Notes: a model not told the origin generated them from the sequence alone. DNA of 64,000 nucleotides from Candidatus Hermodarchaeum yapensis (GCA_016840405.1 JAEOSK010000003.1:1-64000), one strand, 5' to 3'. Shown: positions 48,774-59,075, counted from the first letter of the stretch. A program made the numbers and translations.

Positions 48774-48874
48774 GTTAATATCCCCCTGAAATCAATTGGA
48801 CGTGAGTTCTCAGCGCTGGTGAATTGGTCTGGCTACCTAAAGTTTTATGGAATGGACATATGCACAATTTTTGA

Positions 48875-49081
48875 TTATAATTTTGTGCCTTCTGGTTTAC
48901 GAAGAAGTTGGTCAATCCCCCAACCACATATAAACGCACCAATAATAGCTGAAATAATTGCAAATGCAACAAGTAAAGGTTGTCCGAGGAATACAGCAAA
49001 AAAGGCAATGATGATTGCATTGACAAACATAGCACCAAACAATATGACCTCAATTTTAATTCGAGCGCGTCCTGATTTCAC
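48875..49081 (-). CDS. Small 2-TM membrane protein
   Basis: Two hydrophobic helices; GTG start after GGGGAGTG. Confidence 0.6.
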   Translation of the reverse strand: MKSGRARIKIEVILFGAMFVNAIIIAFFAVFLGQPLLVAFAIISAIIGAFICGWGIDQLLRKPEGTKL

Positions 49082-49156
49082 AAACTCACTCCCCAAATTA
49101 AGAAATCATAATGGATATTTTTGCTCAGTACTTTATTATTGTAATTGTTGAATATT

Positions 49157-50140
49157 GAAAAAGAAGTTTTTTGACCAAACACAAACCCGACATCTTATGC
49201 AACACATTTTGGGAAAGATTACATACGATTTTGTCTTCTAAATTTGTGGTGATTGGGACTCGTTATGCTTCAATTATTGCCTTCTGGTGACGATGTACCA
49301 GATGAGGATGAGCCATACTCCGATATTGGCTATGAGTCCAGTGTTGAGAAGGTAGACATTTGGGATATCAGGGATTACGAGTCCGATGTAGAAGAACAGG
49401 AGTCCGGCGAAGAGGATGAACGCGGTTTTCTCTGTGGTGGCTTTTAGAAGGACGACAGCAAAGGCGAAGATGAAAACAATCGTCAGAAATACTGTGCTGG
49501 TGACAAAGTGAGTATTGGGGTTGAAGAAGAATTCAAGGTATAAGTATGACCCGAGGAAGATGACCCACAGGATGAATCCTGCTATGGCTAAGATGAGTTT
49601 TCGTTCGTGGAGCCATTCGGGGCGTGAAATGGCAAGGGTCCAACACGCGAGTAGGATTATCGCTGCCCCGAAGAATGCTACAGAGGTGGTTGCATAGGCG
49701 GTTCCCCCGAAGCCAGGTATTGGGAAACCTAGGAGAATGTTAAAATAGACACTGACAGTCCACATTGCATAGACGATGGCGAGAAGGGTGAAGGTGACTA
49801 ACCCGAAGAGGGCGGTTCTGCGTTCCTGCCCTTCCTTTTTTCGAGTCTCAATCAGATAGAGTAGACTAAGAAGCAAACAAGGAATGAACAATAAGATGTT
49901 TGAAAGGAGAAATAACATTTCAAAAATTTGCACTCAATCCCTCCAATGAAGAGGGGTGAACAGTTGTCCTTTAAAAAGGATTCCCTGAAGGCAGGACTAC
50001 TCGATTAGCTTGCGTTGTGAAGCACTGTATCATAATGGTAGACTTTTCTTCTATGTAGGTGTAAATACCATTATCCATAGAAAAAGGAGTTTTCGACCCA
50101 AAACAAACCCGACATTTTTTGAAACACATTTATGGATAGA
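49157..50140 (+). repeat. Degenerate direct repeat of about 60 bp (copies at 49157-49218 and 50080-50140)
   Basis: gaaaaagaagttttttgaccaaacacaaacccgacatcttatgcaacacattttgggaaaga vs gaaaaaggagttttcgacccaaaacaaacccgacattttttgaaacacatttatggataga. Confidence 0.8.
49274..49933 (-). CDS. Hypothetical polytopic membrane protein (about 7 TM)
   Basis: GGAGG SD; about seven hydrophobic segments. Confidence 0.75.
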   Translation of the reverse strand: MQIFEMLFLLSNILLFIPCLLLSLLYLIETRKKEGQERRTALFGLVTFTLLAIVYAMWTVSVYFNILLGFPIPGFGGTAYATTSVAFFGAAIILLACWTLAISRPEWLHERKLILAIAGFILWVIFLGSYLYLEFFFNPNTHFVTSTVFLTIVFIFAFAVVLLKATTEKTAFILFAGLLFFYIGLVIPDIPNVYLLNTGLIANIGVWLILIWYIVTRRQ

Positions 50141-51532
50141 CAACACGAACACCACCCTATGACAGCCGCTTCTGGCAGGCGCCTTCCACGTTGGCTTACA
50201 GCAGTTTTCATGTTCATATTGACCTTTGTACTCACCGGGCTTACATACTACATTGATATTTTTGGAGCCCTTTATTATTATATTATCATCCTTCTTGCTG
50301 TTGGACTCTGGCTTTACGTTGATAAGCAACCTCCTGAAGAAATCGGTGTTAAGTTTGACCGCCATTGGTTGCTGCAACTCATTTTTGGTTCAGTATTAGC
50401 CAGCATTGTGATTGGGCTCGTCATTTGGTTTGAAGCCCTCATGGGATGGATCACTCTTACTCCATACTTCCTGTTCGAATCACCTTTGTTCATCGTAGGG
50501 CTATTAGCAGTATACGCTATCAATCAAGGTGTTGTCGCCTTTTCTGAGGAACTATTGAGTCGGGGATACCTTCAACAGAATCTGGCTACCCGAATTTCCA
50601 CACCCCTCGCAATTCTTATTACGAGCATCATGTTTTCCTCATTTCATATCTGGAGTATGTTGTATTACGCAATTCCACCCATTAACGCGAGTATTATGTT
50701 TTTCAACATCGTCCTTGGCGGAATAATGTTTGGCGTAGCATTTGTGTGGACGCGAACCCTCTGGTTGCCCATGGGGCTTCATTATGGTTGGAACTTCATG
50801 CTGTATCATATCGCTGGATTCAGAGACGAGGGACTTTTTCAAGCCCAAAATATCGGACCCAATATCCTGACAGGGGGAACCGTTGGACCCGAAGCAGGAT
50901 TGATGGGCACCATCGCTTTCGTTTTTCTAATCATCATTATTTGGATCTGGGCAAAGGCTTCTGATGGACAACTCATGCGAACATTCGACCGAAAACACCT
51001 TCTCCTGTTTCTCTTTGGATTCTTAGTTGTAGCAATTCCAGTCATGATTGGTGTTGTTGTTGCAGGCTTTGGATTAGCCCTCGTTTTTTGGTTAATATTC
51101 TTGATTCTCTTTTTGCAGGTCTGGGAAAATCGTATTCTGTGTAGCCACTGTCCCTATTATGCGTCCGAGGATCGGATTCTGCGGTGCCACGCAAATTATG
51201 GATTGTTCAAACTCTGGAAATATAATCCAGGACCGATGAGCTGGTCAGAACAGATTCAGATGATTGGTGGCGTCAGTATTCTCATCGGCTTCCCTTTTCC
51301 CTTCCTAATCATTGGACAACAGTGGCTCTACCTAATTCTTGCTTCTCTGGGAGCCGTTGTATTTGCAACGATTCTATTTGGTTGGCTATGTCTCAGGTGT
51401 GTGAATTTTTCCTGTCCTTTTAATCGAGTCCCAAAGGAGGTAGTTGATGGCTTTCTTAAAGAGAATCCGAAAATGCGAAAGGCCTGGGAGAAAAAGGGCT
51501 ATCGGCTGGGTCCAAAGAAAGATTTAGACTAG
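50132..51532 (+). CDS. CPBP (Abi/type II CAAX) intramembrane protease fused to a Cys-rich membrane domain
   Basis: EELLSRG, FSSFH and HYGWN motifs; C-terminal CSHCPYY...C and CLRCVNFSCPFN. Confidence 0.85.
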   Translation: MDRQHEHHPMTAASGRRLPRWLTAVFMFILTFVLTGLTYYIDIFGALYYYIIILLAVGLWLYVDKQPPEEIGVKFDRHWLLQLIFGSVLASIVIGLVIWFEALMGWITLTPYFLFESPLFIVGLLAVYAINQGVVAFSEELLSRGYLQQNLATRISTPLAILITSIMFSSFHIWSMLYYAIPPINASIMFFNIVLGGIMFGVAFVWTRTLWLPMGLHYGWNFMLYHIAGFRDEGLFQAQNIGPNILTGGTVGPEAGLMGTIAFVFLIIIIWIWAKASDGQLMRTFDRKHLLLFLFGFLVVAIPVMIGVVVAGFGLALVFWLIFLILFLQVWENRILCSHCPYYASEDRILRCHANYGLFKLWKYNPGPMSWSEQIQMIGGVSILIGFPFPFLIIGQQWLYLILASLGAVVFATILFGWLCLRCVNFSCPFNRVPKEVVDGFLKENPKMRKAWEKKGYRLGPKKDLD

Positions 51533-52152
51533 TCCTTCTGGAAGCGGAGTGCAAGCTGTGCTACTCGCTCGCCAACTAACTGACTATTTCGAACTGCAAC
51601 TTCATCTTTGGGTGTGCCCCGCCATGTGAAGCCTTCACTTTGGAGACCGGTCATTCCTGCCCAGGCCTCTGTGACTGGGTTGCCCACACCCCCTGCAACA
51701 ATCATCCCTTGCGCTAGAGCATAGTTGACAATTGTCTCTGCAGTAGTTTCCTGACCTCCATGCCGAAGCCCGGCAGCCACTATCACTCCCACAATCTTAT
51801 CTCGTAATCGGTGATCCTGCATTTTGAAGGTTCGAGAGCGATCAATCAGATTCTTTAACAATCCAGGAACGGTCCCGAAATAGGAAGGACTAGCAAAGAT
51901 GATGGCATCTGCATTCTCCATCTTATCAAGGACCTTGGACACATCATCTTTGGCATCTTCTGGACAAGGTTTTTTTCGCACGCAGTTGTCACAGCCAGTA
52001 CAGGGCAGGATTTCTTGGTCAGCTAGACGTAGAAGTTCGGTCTTTACTGATCCAGTTCCTGCTGCAGCTTCAAGGGCTTTCCCAAGAAGGAATTCAGAAC
52101 TGGATTTTTCCAGTTTAGGGGATCCACAAATACCCAACACTTTGATTGCCAT
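51529..52152 (-). CDS. Iron-sulfur flavoprotein / flavodoxin family (NADPH-dependent FMN reductase fold)
   Basis: GICGSP, CTGCDNC...C, ASPSYFG and GGQE motifs. Confidence 0.88.
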   Translation of the reverse strand: MAIKVLGICGSPKLEKSSSEFLLGKALEAAAGTGSVKTELLRLADQEILPCTGCDNCVRKKPCPEDAKDDVSKVLDKMENADAIIFASPSYFGTVPGLLKNLIDRSRTFKMQDHRLRDKIVGVIVAAGLRHGGQETTAETIVNYALAQGMIVAGGVGNPVTEAWAGMTGLQSEGFTWRGTPKDEVAVRNSQLVGERVAQLALRFQKD

Positions 52153-52227
52153 AGAATCACATCAGTGCTAAAGGGTAATAACTTCTATGAATCCCCCCAA
52201 TAGGTTTCCGGTGTGTGTTGAAAGAAG

Positions 52228-52857
52228 TTAACGAACTAGTTTTCGACGAAGGAGTTGCTCAATCCGCCGAAGATCACCAGGCGTATTGACGTTTGTAAAT
52301 GTTCGAAGTTTAGAATCAAATCGTTCAAGTGCTGAAGTCGAAAGAAAGATTACGCGACCAATATTCTCGATAAGGCATTGCATCCGAGGTTCTTGTTTCT
52401 CCAAACAAGAAGTGGCGATTTCTTGAGCGAGGGATGTATCAAATATTGAATGGAGTGGCTCCACCCACCCATTAGGCCAGCGGGGAACTGCAGCATGATG
52501 ATTTTCAATCATTCCCCACATAATTTCGATGTACATCGGATGAATAAGAGGGGAATCGCAGGGGAACAACTGTGTGAAGGGATACTTTGCATGACGAAAG
52601 GCTGATAACGCGCCTACCAAGGGACAACGAAACTCAGATACAACATCGGTAATGATTTGTTCTTCAGGAAAGTGTTTCGAAAAAGCATCACGATCTTGGT
52701 CAGAGTGCACGACGATGAAGATTTCACTTGCGTAGGCTTCACTTGCATCGACGACATGAAGGAAAAGGGGCTTTCCTGCAACGAGTGTGAGGGCTTTAGC
52801 TTGTCGAAACCGATTGCTTTCTCCTCCAGCTAAAATCGCGACACTCACAGGTTGCAT
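52228..52857 (-). CDS. mobA: Molybdenum cofactor guanylyltransferase
   Basis: ILAGGESNRF..KAL, PCDSP, EPLHS and NVNTPGDL motifs. Confidence 0.88.
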   Translation of the reverse strand: MQPVSVAILAGGESNRFRQAKALTLVAGKPLFLHVVDASEAYASEIFIVVHSDQDRDAFSKHFPEEQIITDVVSEFRCPLVGALSAFRHAKYPFTQLFPCDSPLIHPMYIEIMWGMIENHHAAVPRWPNGWVEPLHSIFDTSLAQEIATSCLEKQEPRMQCLIENIGRVIFLSTSALERFDSKLRTFTNVNTPGDLRRIEQLLRRKLVR

Positions 52858-53342
52858 ACTATACCCACTTATCCACAGCGAATTTTGCATTTACGGCGCA
52901 TGAACTTCTTCTCAAACTTAAAGTTACTGATAAGATGAAATCCATTCAATATTCAAATGGTTTGAGGAGAATAACAGAAGTATATTCATCTATTATTTGT
53001 GTGCTCACTCTACGATGATATCAAAAAGTGGTGGAGAAAAAGTAAGAGGTCTCCCCTCCTAATCTGGTTTAACATTCGCAATTACACCTATAAACTGGAA
53101 AAAGAAGACCATAGAGGTTTGAAAAACACAATTGATAGGCTCAATAGCATTATTTTGAGCATAAAAATCCTAAGAGGAATAAAATCGTTAAAACGAGAGA
53201 CGAAATGGAACAAAACGCGTTTTTACAATCCGACACATAGAAAAAAATACACTAAAATAGACCAACATGACATAAAAGTCGCTATAGCATTCAAATCAAC
53301 ACTTACAACCCAAAACCTCAACGTATTCACCGAGGTCTGATA

Positions 53343-54740
53343 ATGACTGTGATAGCAAACGACACGTTGGAAATCATTGAACAACGAATTCTCTCCCGTT
53401 TAATGCCAACAGAACGGAATCAATTAGCCAGTTTGCTTCGAAACGCAATTCTTTTTATAAAACAAATGCGAGGAGAGCCACTCACTGATGAAGAGAAGAG
53501 CTATCCAGCGCACAAGCTGCTTTCACATTCTGAGCATTTTGGAGGGAAAGAAGCAGCGGAAACTGTAGCATTTCGATTACACCTCATTGATCGTTACCAG
53601 CTTCAGAATGCAAATTACATTGAGCAAATTGTAACCCTTGATTATCCAGCAGCTTATGGAAAGCGGTTTACTGCAAGAAAAGCACTGATTCTTCGGGAGC
53701 TTTATGAAACTCCTACAATTCCAAAGTATAAACTTGCAAAAAAAATTGGTACGTCTTCTCGGGTAATCACTCGGGAGCTAAACGAATTACAACATGAGTT
53801 CGCTTTTCAAATAGTTACTTCGGCAGATCCACAAAAGTTTCGATTAGTCAGTCAGGGTATTCTCTTCCGTGCCAAATCTGCAAAACATTCAGAACGCCTT
53901 GAGAACTTGCTTTCCAATCAGCAGGGTTTCAACCGAACATTCCAATTGGATAGAGACATGCTTCGGGGAGTTATTGTATTTCGATATCCGAACCAGCAGA
54001 AAGCTCATCGTATGTTTGAAGAACGGGTCCGTTGGCTTCAAGATGAATTCTTCTTGGATTGTTATCTTTTCCTACTGACAGGATTTCATTATTCACTTTC
54101 ATTTGCAACGTATGATCCAGAAATTAATGCTTTTTCATTTGATCCAGAGATTGTATCAGAAGCCCCGTTTACATACATCAAACAGCACATCAGCACTTTG
54201 CCTAAACTTCAGGGATGTGATTACGGAGAACCAATCCGATTTGATCGTGCAGATTTTCTCCTTGCTCATTCCCTCTATTCCAGTGGCTATTTGGGACAAA
54301 CTGATTTCAAACAAAGACTGCTTAAACAGCATGGTGTTGATCTTTCAAAGAAAACGATTTGGAAACGTGAACAACGATTACGAAAGAAGCGAGTAGCGAC
54401 TCCAATCATTGAGGTGCAAATCCCTGGATTCGATGAAAATATTAGTTTCATTGTTTTTGGTTCACAAGAAGCGTGTAACACTATTCGTGGGATTCCAACC
54501 TTTCTCCCCTACGTCATATTCTTTACGACTGATAGCGGATGCATCTTACACATTCAACGTCCTGCCCACACTTCTGCTTTGACGGGTCAGCTTTTACATT
54601 CTATCCAAAAAGAACCCGAGGTTTCAGATGTAAAATTACTCCGATATCAATGGCGCATCGTATCAACACGTCATGTGGACATTGTAGATAGATGGAACGA
54701 AGAAGAACAAAAATGGGAAATTCATGAAGGAGATATTTGA
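53343..54740 (+). CDS. Large wHTH transcriptional regulator-like protein, paralog 1 (duplicated Lrp/AsnC-like units)
   Basis: ILRELYETP...LAKKIGTSSRVITRELNEL HTH; second HTH-like LSKKTIWKREQRL; similar to 54750 and 61065. Confidence 0.7.
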   Translation: MTVIANDTLEIIEQRILSRLMPTERNQLASLLRNAILFIKQMRGEPLTDEEKSYPAHKLLSHSEHFGGKEAAETVAFRLHLIDRYQLQNANYIEQIVTLDYPAAYGKRFTARKALILRELYETPTIPKYKLAKKIGTSSRVITRELNELQHEFAFQIVTSADPQKFRLVSQGILFRAKSAKHSERLENLLSNQQGFNRTFQLDRDMLRGVIVFRYPNQQKAHRMFEERVRWLQDEFFLDCYLFLLTGFHYSLSFATYDPEINAFSFDPEIVSEAPFTYIKQHISTLPKLQGCDYGEPIRFDRADFLLAHSLYSSGYLGQTDFKQRLLKQHGVDLSKKTIWKREQRLRKKRVATPIIEVQIPGFDENISFIVFGSQEACNTIRGIPTFLPYVIFFTTDSGCILHIQRPAHTSALTGQLLHSIQKEPEVSDVKLLRYQWRIVSTRHVDIVDRWNEEEQKWEIHEGDI

Positions 54741-54749
54741 AACACATTT

Positions 54750-56210
54750 GTGGTGATAATCAAAACAATGTGCCCATATGAGAAATCACTTGACGAAGAA
54801 AGGAAACACCGACAAAAGGAATTCAAAGACCTAGAGCAATTGGTAAATCGGATTCTAAAACTAGCACAGCCGAGGAATGAGAAAGAAGACCTTGCGTTAT
54901 TTCTTGGGAATGTTCTGCTATTTATTAAACGGGTTGAGGGGTTTGAGCTTTCAGAAGACGAGAAAAAGTATCCTTCACATTCACAATTCTCTCATAGCAC
55001 ATTGACTAAAGGGAGAGATACAGTCCTTGGATTGAAACATCGATTAGGGATTATTGACCGATTTAACATCACGAATGCCCATAGGATTATCCAAATTATC
55101 GCCTCCACAGCAGTATCAACACCAATAGAGACACTATCTAGAAGACAAATTCGACTTATCCTCGAACTTCATCAGGAACCTTTATTGCGTCAGCAAGAAC
55201 TAGCCCAGCGGTTATCAACAAGTTCAACTGTTATCAAACGAGAACTTGATAACCTTCGTCGCCATTTTTCATTTGCAGTAGTTCATAACGTCGATTTTCA
55301 GAAATTCAAACTACTGTTAGTTGAGATTGATTTTTATACAAAATCTCTTGCCGCATCTGAACGATTGGCACAGTTCTGTCGAAAAACGCCTCCGTTATTT
55401 TTGCGTCGAATTTGCTTTGATCATGACTTTCGACTGGGTTACCTAACCTATCAGATACCTGATCAACCCCGAGGTCGTCGACTTTTGGAAGACCGAATTA
55501 AGTGGTTAAAAGATGAGTTTTTTGAAGACGCTTCCAAATTCCCCATAAGGAGTATGCATATCGGGATTTCATTTGACAGCTATGATTTATCTAGTGGCGC
55601 TTGGATGTTAGGAGCAGAGACCGTTGCAGAAACAATGTTGCAGTTCGCTCTACGTGAAACTCAAGACGCCGTACAATTCCGAAGCCACCGATATGGCGAA
55701 GCATTGCAATTTGATCAAGTTGATTATCTTCTTGCTCAAACTCCAATCATCTCTGGTGAGAAGAATCGCCTTGAGGTTTGTCAGAAGGTCCTTGAGCAGT
55801 GGGGCTTTGAATTAGCTACAAAGACGATTTGGAAACGGGATCAAAAACTTCGTGAAGCAGGTGTATATTTCCCTACTGTTTGGTTTGATATTCCTGAATT
55901 GGAAGAACTGGTTCAATTTAGTATTGAATGCACTCCAGATGCCCGTGATCGAATCAGTCGAATTCCTTCAATACTTCCCTATACATACATGGTCACATCA
56001 GATGATGGGCTCTTTTTCACGTTTCAACGACCGAGTCGATGTGCATCCATAACAGGACTATTAACTCGGTTGATTAATCGTGAAGAAGGAGTATCCAAAG
56101 TTACTCTATTACGATATGAACCATCATTTAGTCCACAAATGTTTACACAAACGGCTTCCCGATGGGATAGTAGTCGCCAACGCTGGGTACTTCAAGAAGG
56201 GGACATTTAA
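54750..56210 (+). CDS. Large wHTH transcriptional regulator-like protein, paralog 2
   Basis: RQQELAQRLSTSSTVIKRELDNL HTH; LATKTIWKRDQKL; ends RWVLQEGDI, like paralog 1. Confidence 0.7.
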   Translation: MVIIKTMCPYEKSLDEERKHRQKEFKDLEQLVNRILKLAQPRNEKEDLALFLGNVLLFIKRVEGFELSEDEKKYPSHSQFSHSTLTKGRDTVLGLKHRLGIIDRFNITNAHRIIQIIASTAVSTPIETLSRRQIRLILELHQEPLLRQQELAQRLSTSSTVIKRELDNLRRHFSFAVVHNVDFQKFKLLLVEIDFYTKSLAASERLAQFCRKTPPLFLRRICFDHDFRLGYLTYQIPDQPRGRRLLEDRIKWLKDEFFEDASKFPIRSMHIGISFDSYDLSSGAWMLGAETVAETMLQFALRETQDAVQFRSHRYGEALQFDQVDYLLAQTPIISGEKNRLEVCQKVLEQWGFELATKTIWKRDQKLREAGVYFPTVWFDIPELEELVQFSIECTPDARDRISRIPSILPYTYMVTSDDGLFFTFQRPSRCASITGLLTRLINREEGVSKVTLLRYEPSFSPQMFTQTASRWDSSRQRWVLQEGDI

Positions 56211-57121
56211 CTTTCTGGCATTTGATTCGATGATGGGGTGATGACTTCAATAAATCGATCTACTAGCCGTTGTGCGATATTGATATCTGTTACCTGTTGA
56301 AGTCCTTGCCATCCACTGCTACTATTGACCTCAGTCACGACTAGCCCCTGTGCGGTTTCAAGGATATCGACACCCGTATACTCTAACCCAATTACTTCTG
56401 CACAGTGAACAGCTAGATCAGCTAATGCAGGTGTTAGTTTATATGGTTGGGGTTCGGCACCATGACGGATGGTGGTTTTCCAATCTGACCCGATTCGGTA
56501 CATTCCCGCAACGGCTTCTCCGCCAATCACGAATACTCGAATATCTTGATTTCCGTGTTCAAGAAACTCTTGAACGTACATAACATATCGACTTGCTTCC
56601 AGTGCACGAAAGACCCTCCGAGCAGTTTCGGGGTCTGAGACCCGAGTCATCCCCACTCCACCTGATCCGAAAAGGGGCTTCACGACAGCATCTTTGTAGC
56701 GGCGGAATGCACGGAGGGCGTCGCGAGTGTATTGAGTGACAGTCGTTCGAGGTACGGGGATACCGGCTAACTCAAGTAATCGTAAAGTGTAATATTTGTC
56801 AACAGCTTTTTCGATGGAATGAGGACGATTCATGAAGGGAATTCCTAGCCGTTCAAGGCAGTGGAGGGTATCCATCCGTAAGATCACTTGTTCAAGGGAA
56901 CCACCAGGTACGGCCCGGGTAAAGATGCCATCAAGTGTGGTCAGATCTTCCTTTTTATATTGGGCGTGAGGTTTTTTGCCACCAACCCTGACGACAGTTT
57001 CAGTGACATCAAAAACGACACACTCGATATTGCGACGTTGGATTTCAGCCACCACTCGACTGGTCTCCCACCCCTCCGGTTCGGAAGAGGCCACACCTAC
57101 ACGCTTTATTGGTTTTGCCAT
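56207..57121 (-). CDS. RimK-family ATP-grasp alpha-L-glutamate ligase (CofF/MptN-like)
   Basis: DKYYT, VVKPLFGSGGVG, YVQEF, DIRVFV, GVDIL and EVNSS motifs; next to cofE. Confidence 0.88.
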   Translation of the reverse strand: MAKPIKRVGVASSEPEGWETSRVVAEIQRRNIECVVFDVTETVVRVGGKKPHAQYKKEDLTTLDGIFTRAVPGGSLEQVILRMDTLHCLERLGIPFMNRPHSIEKAVDKYYTLRLLELAGIPVPRTTVTQYTRDALRAFRRYKDAVVKPLFGSGGVGMTRVSDPETARRVFRALEASRYVMYVQEFLEHGNQDIRVFVIGGEAVAGMYRIGSDWKTTIRHGAEPQPYKLTPALADLAVHCAEVIGLEYTGVDILETAQGLVVTEVNSSSGWQGLQQVTDINIAQRLVDRFIEVITPSSNQMPES

Positions 57122-57127
57122 CGCATC

Positions 57128-57907
57128 TCACCTTCGGAAGATATCGCGTTCGGCTTCTCGAACGAGTAATCGTGCTGATGCCGTTCCTTTTTCGTATCTA
57201 TAGTCACGGATGATGATTACTGCATTACCCTCATCTGCTTCGCCCATGAGTAATTCTGCAGCAGAGGCGAGTTCATCAGCGACAGCTACCTTTGTTGATC
57301 TTAGTTCATACCCGAATAGATCTTTCAGGCCAATATAATTTTTCAATGGAAGTAAACCAGAAGTTCCAATTGCTACATTAACGGCTCCTTCACGAAATGG
57401 ACGACCATGCGTATCAGAAATTATCACAGCAACATCGACATCACATAGCTCCAGAATGGTTTGTCGTATTTTTTCAGCGGAGTCATCTGGATTTTCAGGT
57501 AAGAGTGTTACAGAATTTTCATTGGGCACATTTGAAGAATCGACACCCGCATTAGCACACACAAATCCATGGGGTGTTTCGACTATTAGATGACCTTGCT
57601 CAGCACGAACTACCCGCCTGGAAGATTGTAAAATCACTTCAACTAGTTCTGGTCGTCTCTCAAGTTTTTGAGCGAGTTCCAGTGCCTTTTTTGAAGGTGT
57701 CACTGTTGTAAGATTTACTATGCGTCCTTCGGCACGAGACACTATCGTTTGGGCTATAACAAGAATATCACCATTTTGGAGGTTGAATCCACTATCTTGG
57801 CTAGCCTGGCAGATTCGTGTCCCTACATCATCGCCCTCTTGAATAATTTCAAGACCAGGTAATGCATGAACAGAAAAAGATGAAGAGGAGTTGCTAGGCG
57901 AAGACAT
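57128..57907 (-). CDS. cofE: Coenzyme F420-0:L-glutamate ligase
   Basis: VSRAEG, ANAGVDSSN, LLPENPDDSA, SDTHGRPFREG and ADELASAAELLMGE motifs. Confidence 0.93.
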   Translation of the reverse strand: MSSPSNSSSSFSVHALPGLEIIQEGDDVGTRICQASQDSGFNLQNGDILVIAQTIVSRAEGRIVNLTTVTPSKKALELAQKLERRPELVEVILQSSRRVVRAEQGHLIVETPHGFVCANAGVDSSNVPNENSVTLLPENPDDSAEKIRQTILELCDVDVAVIISDTHGRPFREGAVNVAIGTSGLLPLKNYIGLKDLFGYELRSTKVAVADELASAAELLMGEADEGNAVIIIRDYRYEKGTASARLLVREAERDIFRR

Positions 57908-57983
57908 TGTGTAGGTCCTTCGGCACTCCGTTCTTCCAGCTTAAGAGTGTGCCGACTTAGATTACAAAATTGATAGGAAAGCT

Positions 57984-59075
57984 GTGAACTACCATCGACT
58001 GAAGTTGATGGCTTCTATGCATTTGCATAGTTAAGGGTCGGTTCACGGGCGACCCCGCACAGGGGCATATAGCCAAGGTGCCTCTCGACTTTCCGAGCGA
58101 TATTAATGGCCCCATTGAGGTCCGCATTATACTCTCCACATGCAGAACACCGAAACCGGGCCTGGCTTGAACGCATCCCACGTCGACCACACACGTGACA
58201 GGTGATACTGGTATACGCCTCATTCACCATGACAACAGGTAAACCCCGCAACAATGCCTTATAGATTATCATCTTGGTCAGCTTGTGGAAGGGCAAATTC
58301 CCGATGATTCTTCGCACCCGTCTACCCTTTTTCTGAGTTCTTTCTCTGATTCCCATCAGATCACCAATCGCAATCCAAGACGACGTTGCATCCGCCAGCT
58401 CCACAATCTCCTTGCTTATTTGGTGGAGGACCGCTTCCACTCGCCTTTTCTCCCTATGACCGATTCGCCGGATTACTCGCTTAAGACCTCGTTTTTGTAA
58501 CCGCCTGCGGAGCCACGCATGATGTCGCCTGATTCCTCGCACAAATCGACCAAAAAACTGAGGTTGTTTAATGCATCCGTTATGCAACAACACCGTTGTT
58601 GCCATGATGCGTTCACCCAGGCCTACACCCAGCACCGAGATACACCGTCGAAAGGGTGGGACCTCAACCGTGAATACCAGATTCACATAGAACTTTCCCT
58701 GTCGACGAAAAAGTTTGCTCTCCCCTAATTTCGCACCCTTGGGAAAGGCGCGATGTGGGATGATAGGGATATTGATTCCTCCCCGTTGACCATGGACTCG
58801 AACTCGGAGAAACCAGAAAGTCTTCGACTTGCGTAGGTCGATGAGATCTTTCCTAAGAGAGAGGGGATAATCCTTATCCCGTTTGGGTTGCTTGTAGTAG
58901 CGTCAGGCTTGTTGACGGTTGGCCGAATAGAGCTGAACGCTTCGTTCCCCTCGAAGGAATCTTTGTAAGTTATTGTATTCCGTTTCCAGAAGGGCTCTTT
59001 TTTTGTGGTGAGTTTGACTATGCCACATTTGATTGTCAACCTCACCTGCATATCAATGTGTGGACACAGTTTCTT
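57984..59075 (-). mobile_element. IS200/IS605-family (IS1341-like, tnpB-only) element, decayed
   Basis: tnpB remnants plus a right-end hairpin GAAGCCATCAACTTCAGTCGATGGTAGTTCAC ending in TCAC at 57984; left end approximate; no tnpA. Confidence 0.8.
58015..59051 (-). pseudogene. tnpB: TnpB RNA-guided nuclease pseudogene
   Basis: Frameshift in A7 (58998-59004), in-frame TGA (58903-58905), RuvC-I GVDLG changed to GVGLG; zinc finger CHVC...CSAC and NADLNGAINI retained. Confidence 0.85.

Noticed and set aside
48654-49151. 165-aa plus-strand ORF
   Set aside because: Antisense shadow of korD and the small membrane gene
52999-53340. 113-aa ORF in the AT-rich intergenic region
   Set aside because: Lys/Asn-rich composition mirrors A-rich DNA; no SD or motif; probably spurious
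58903-58905. In-frame TGA in tnpB as selenocysteine or recoding
   Set aside because: Accompanied by a frameshift and a catalytic mutation, so ordinary decay; TGA is used as a stop elsewhere in the window
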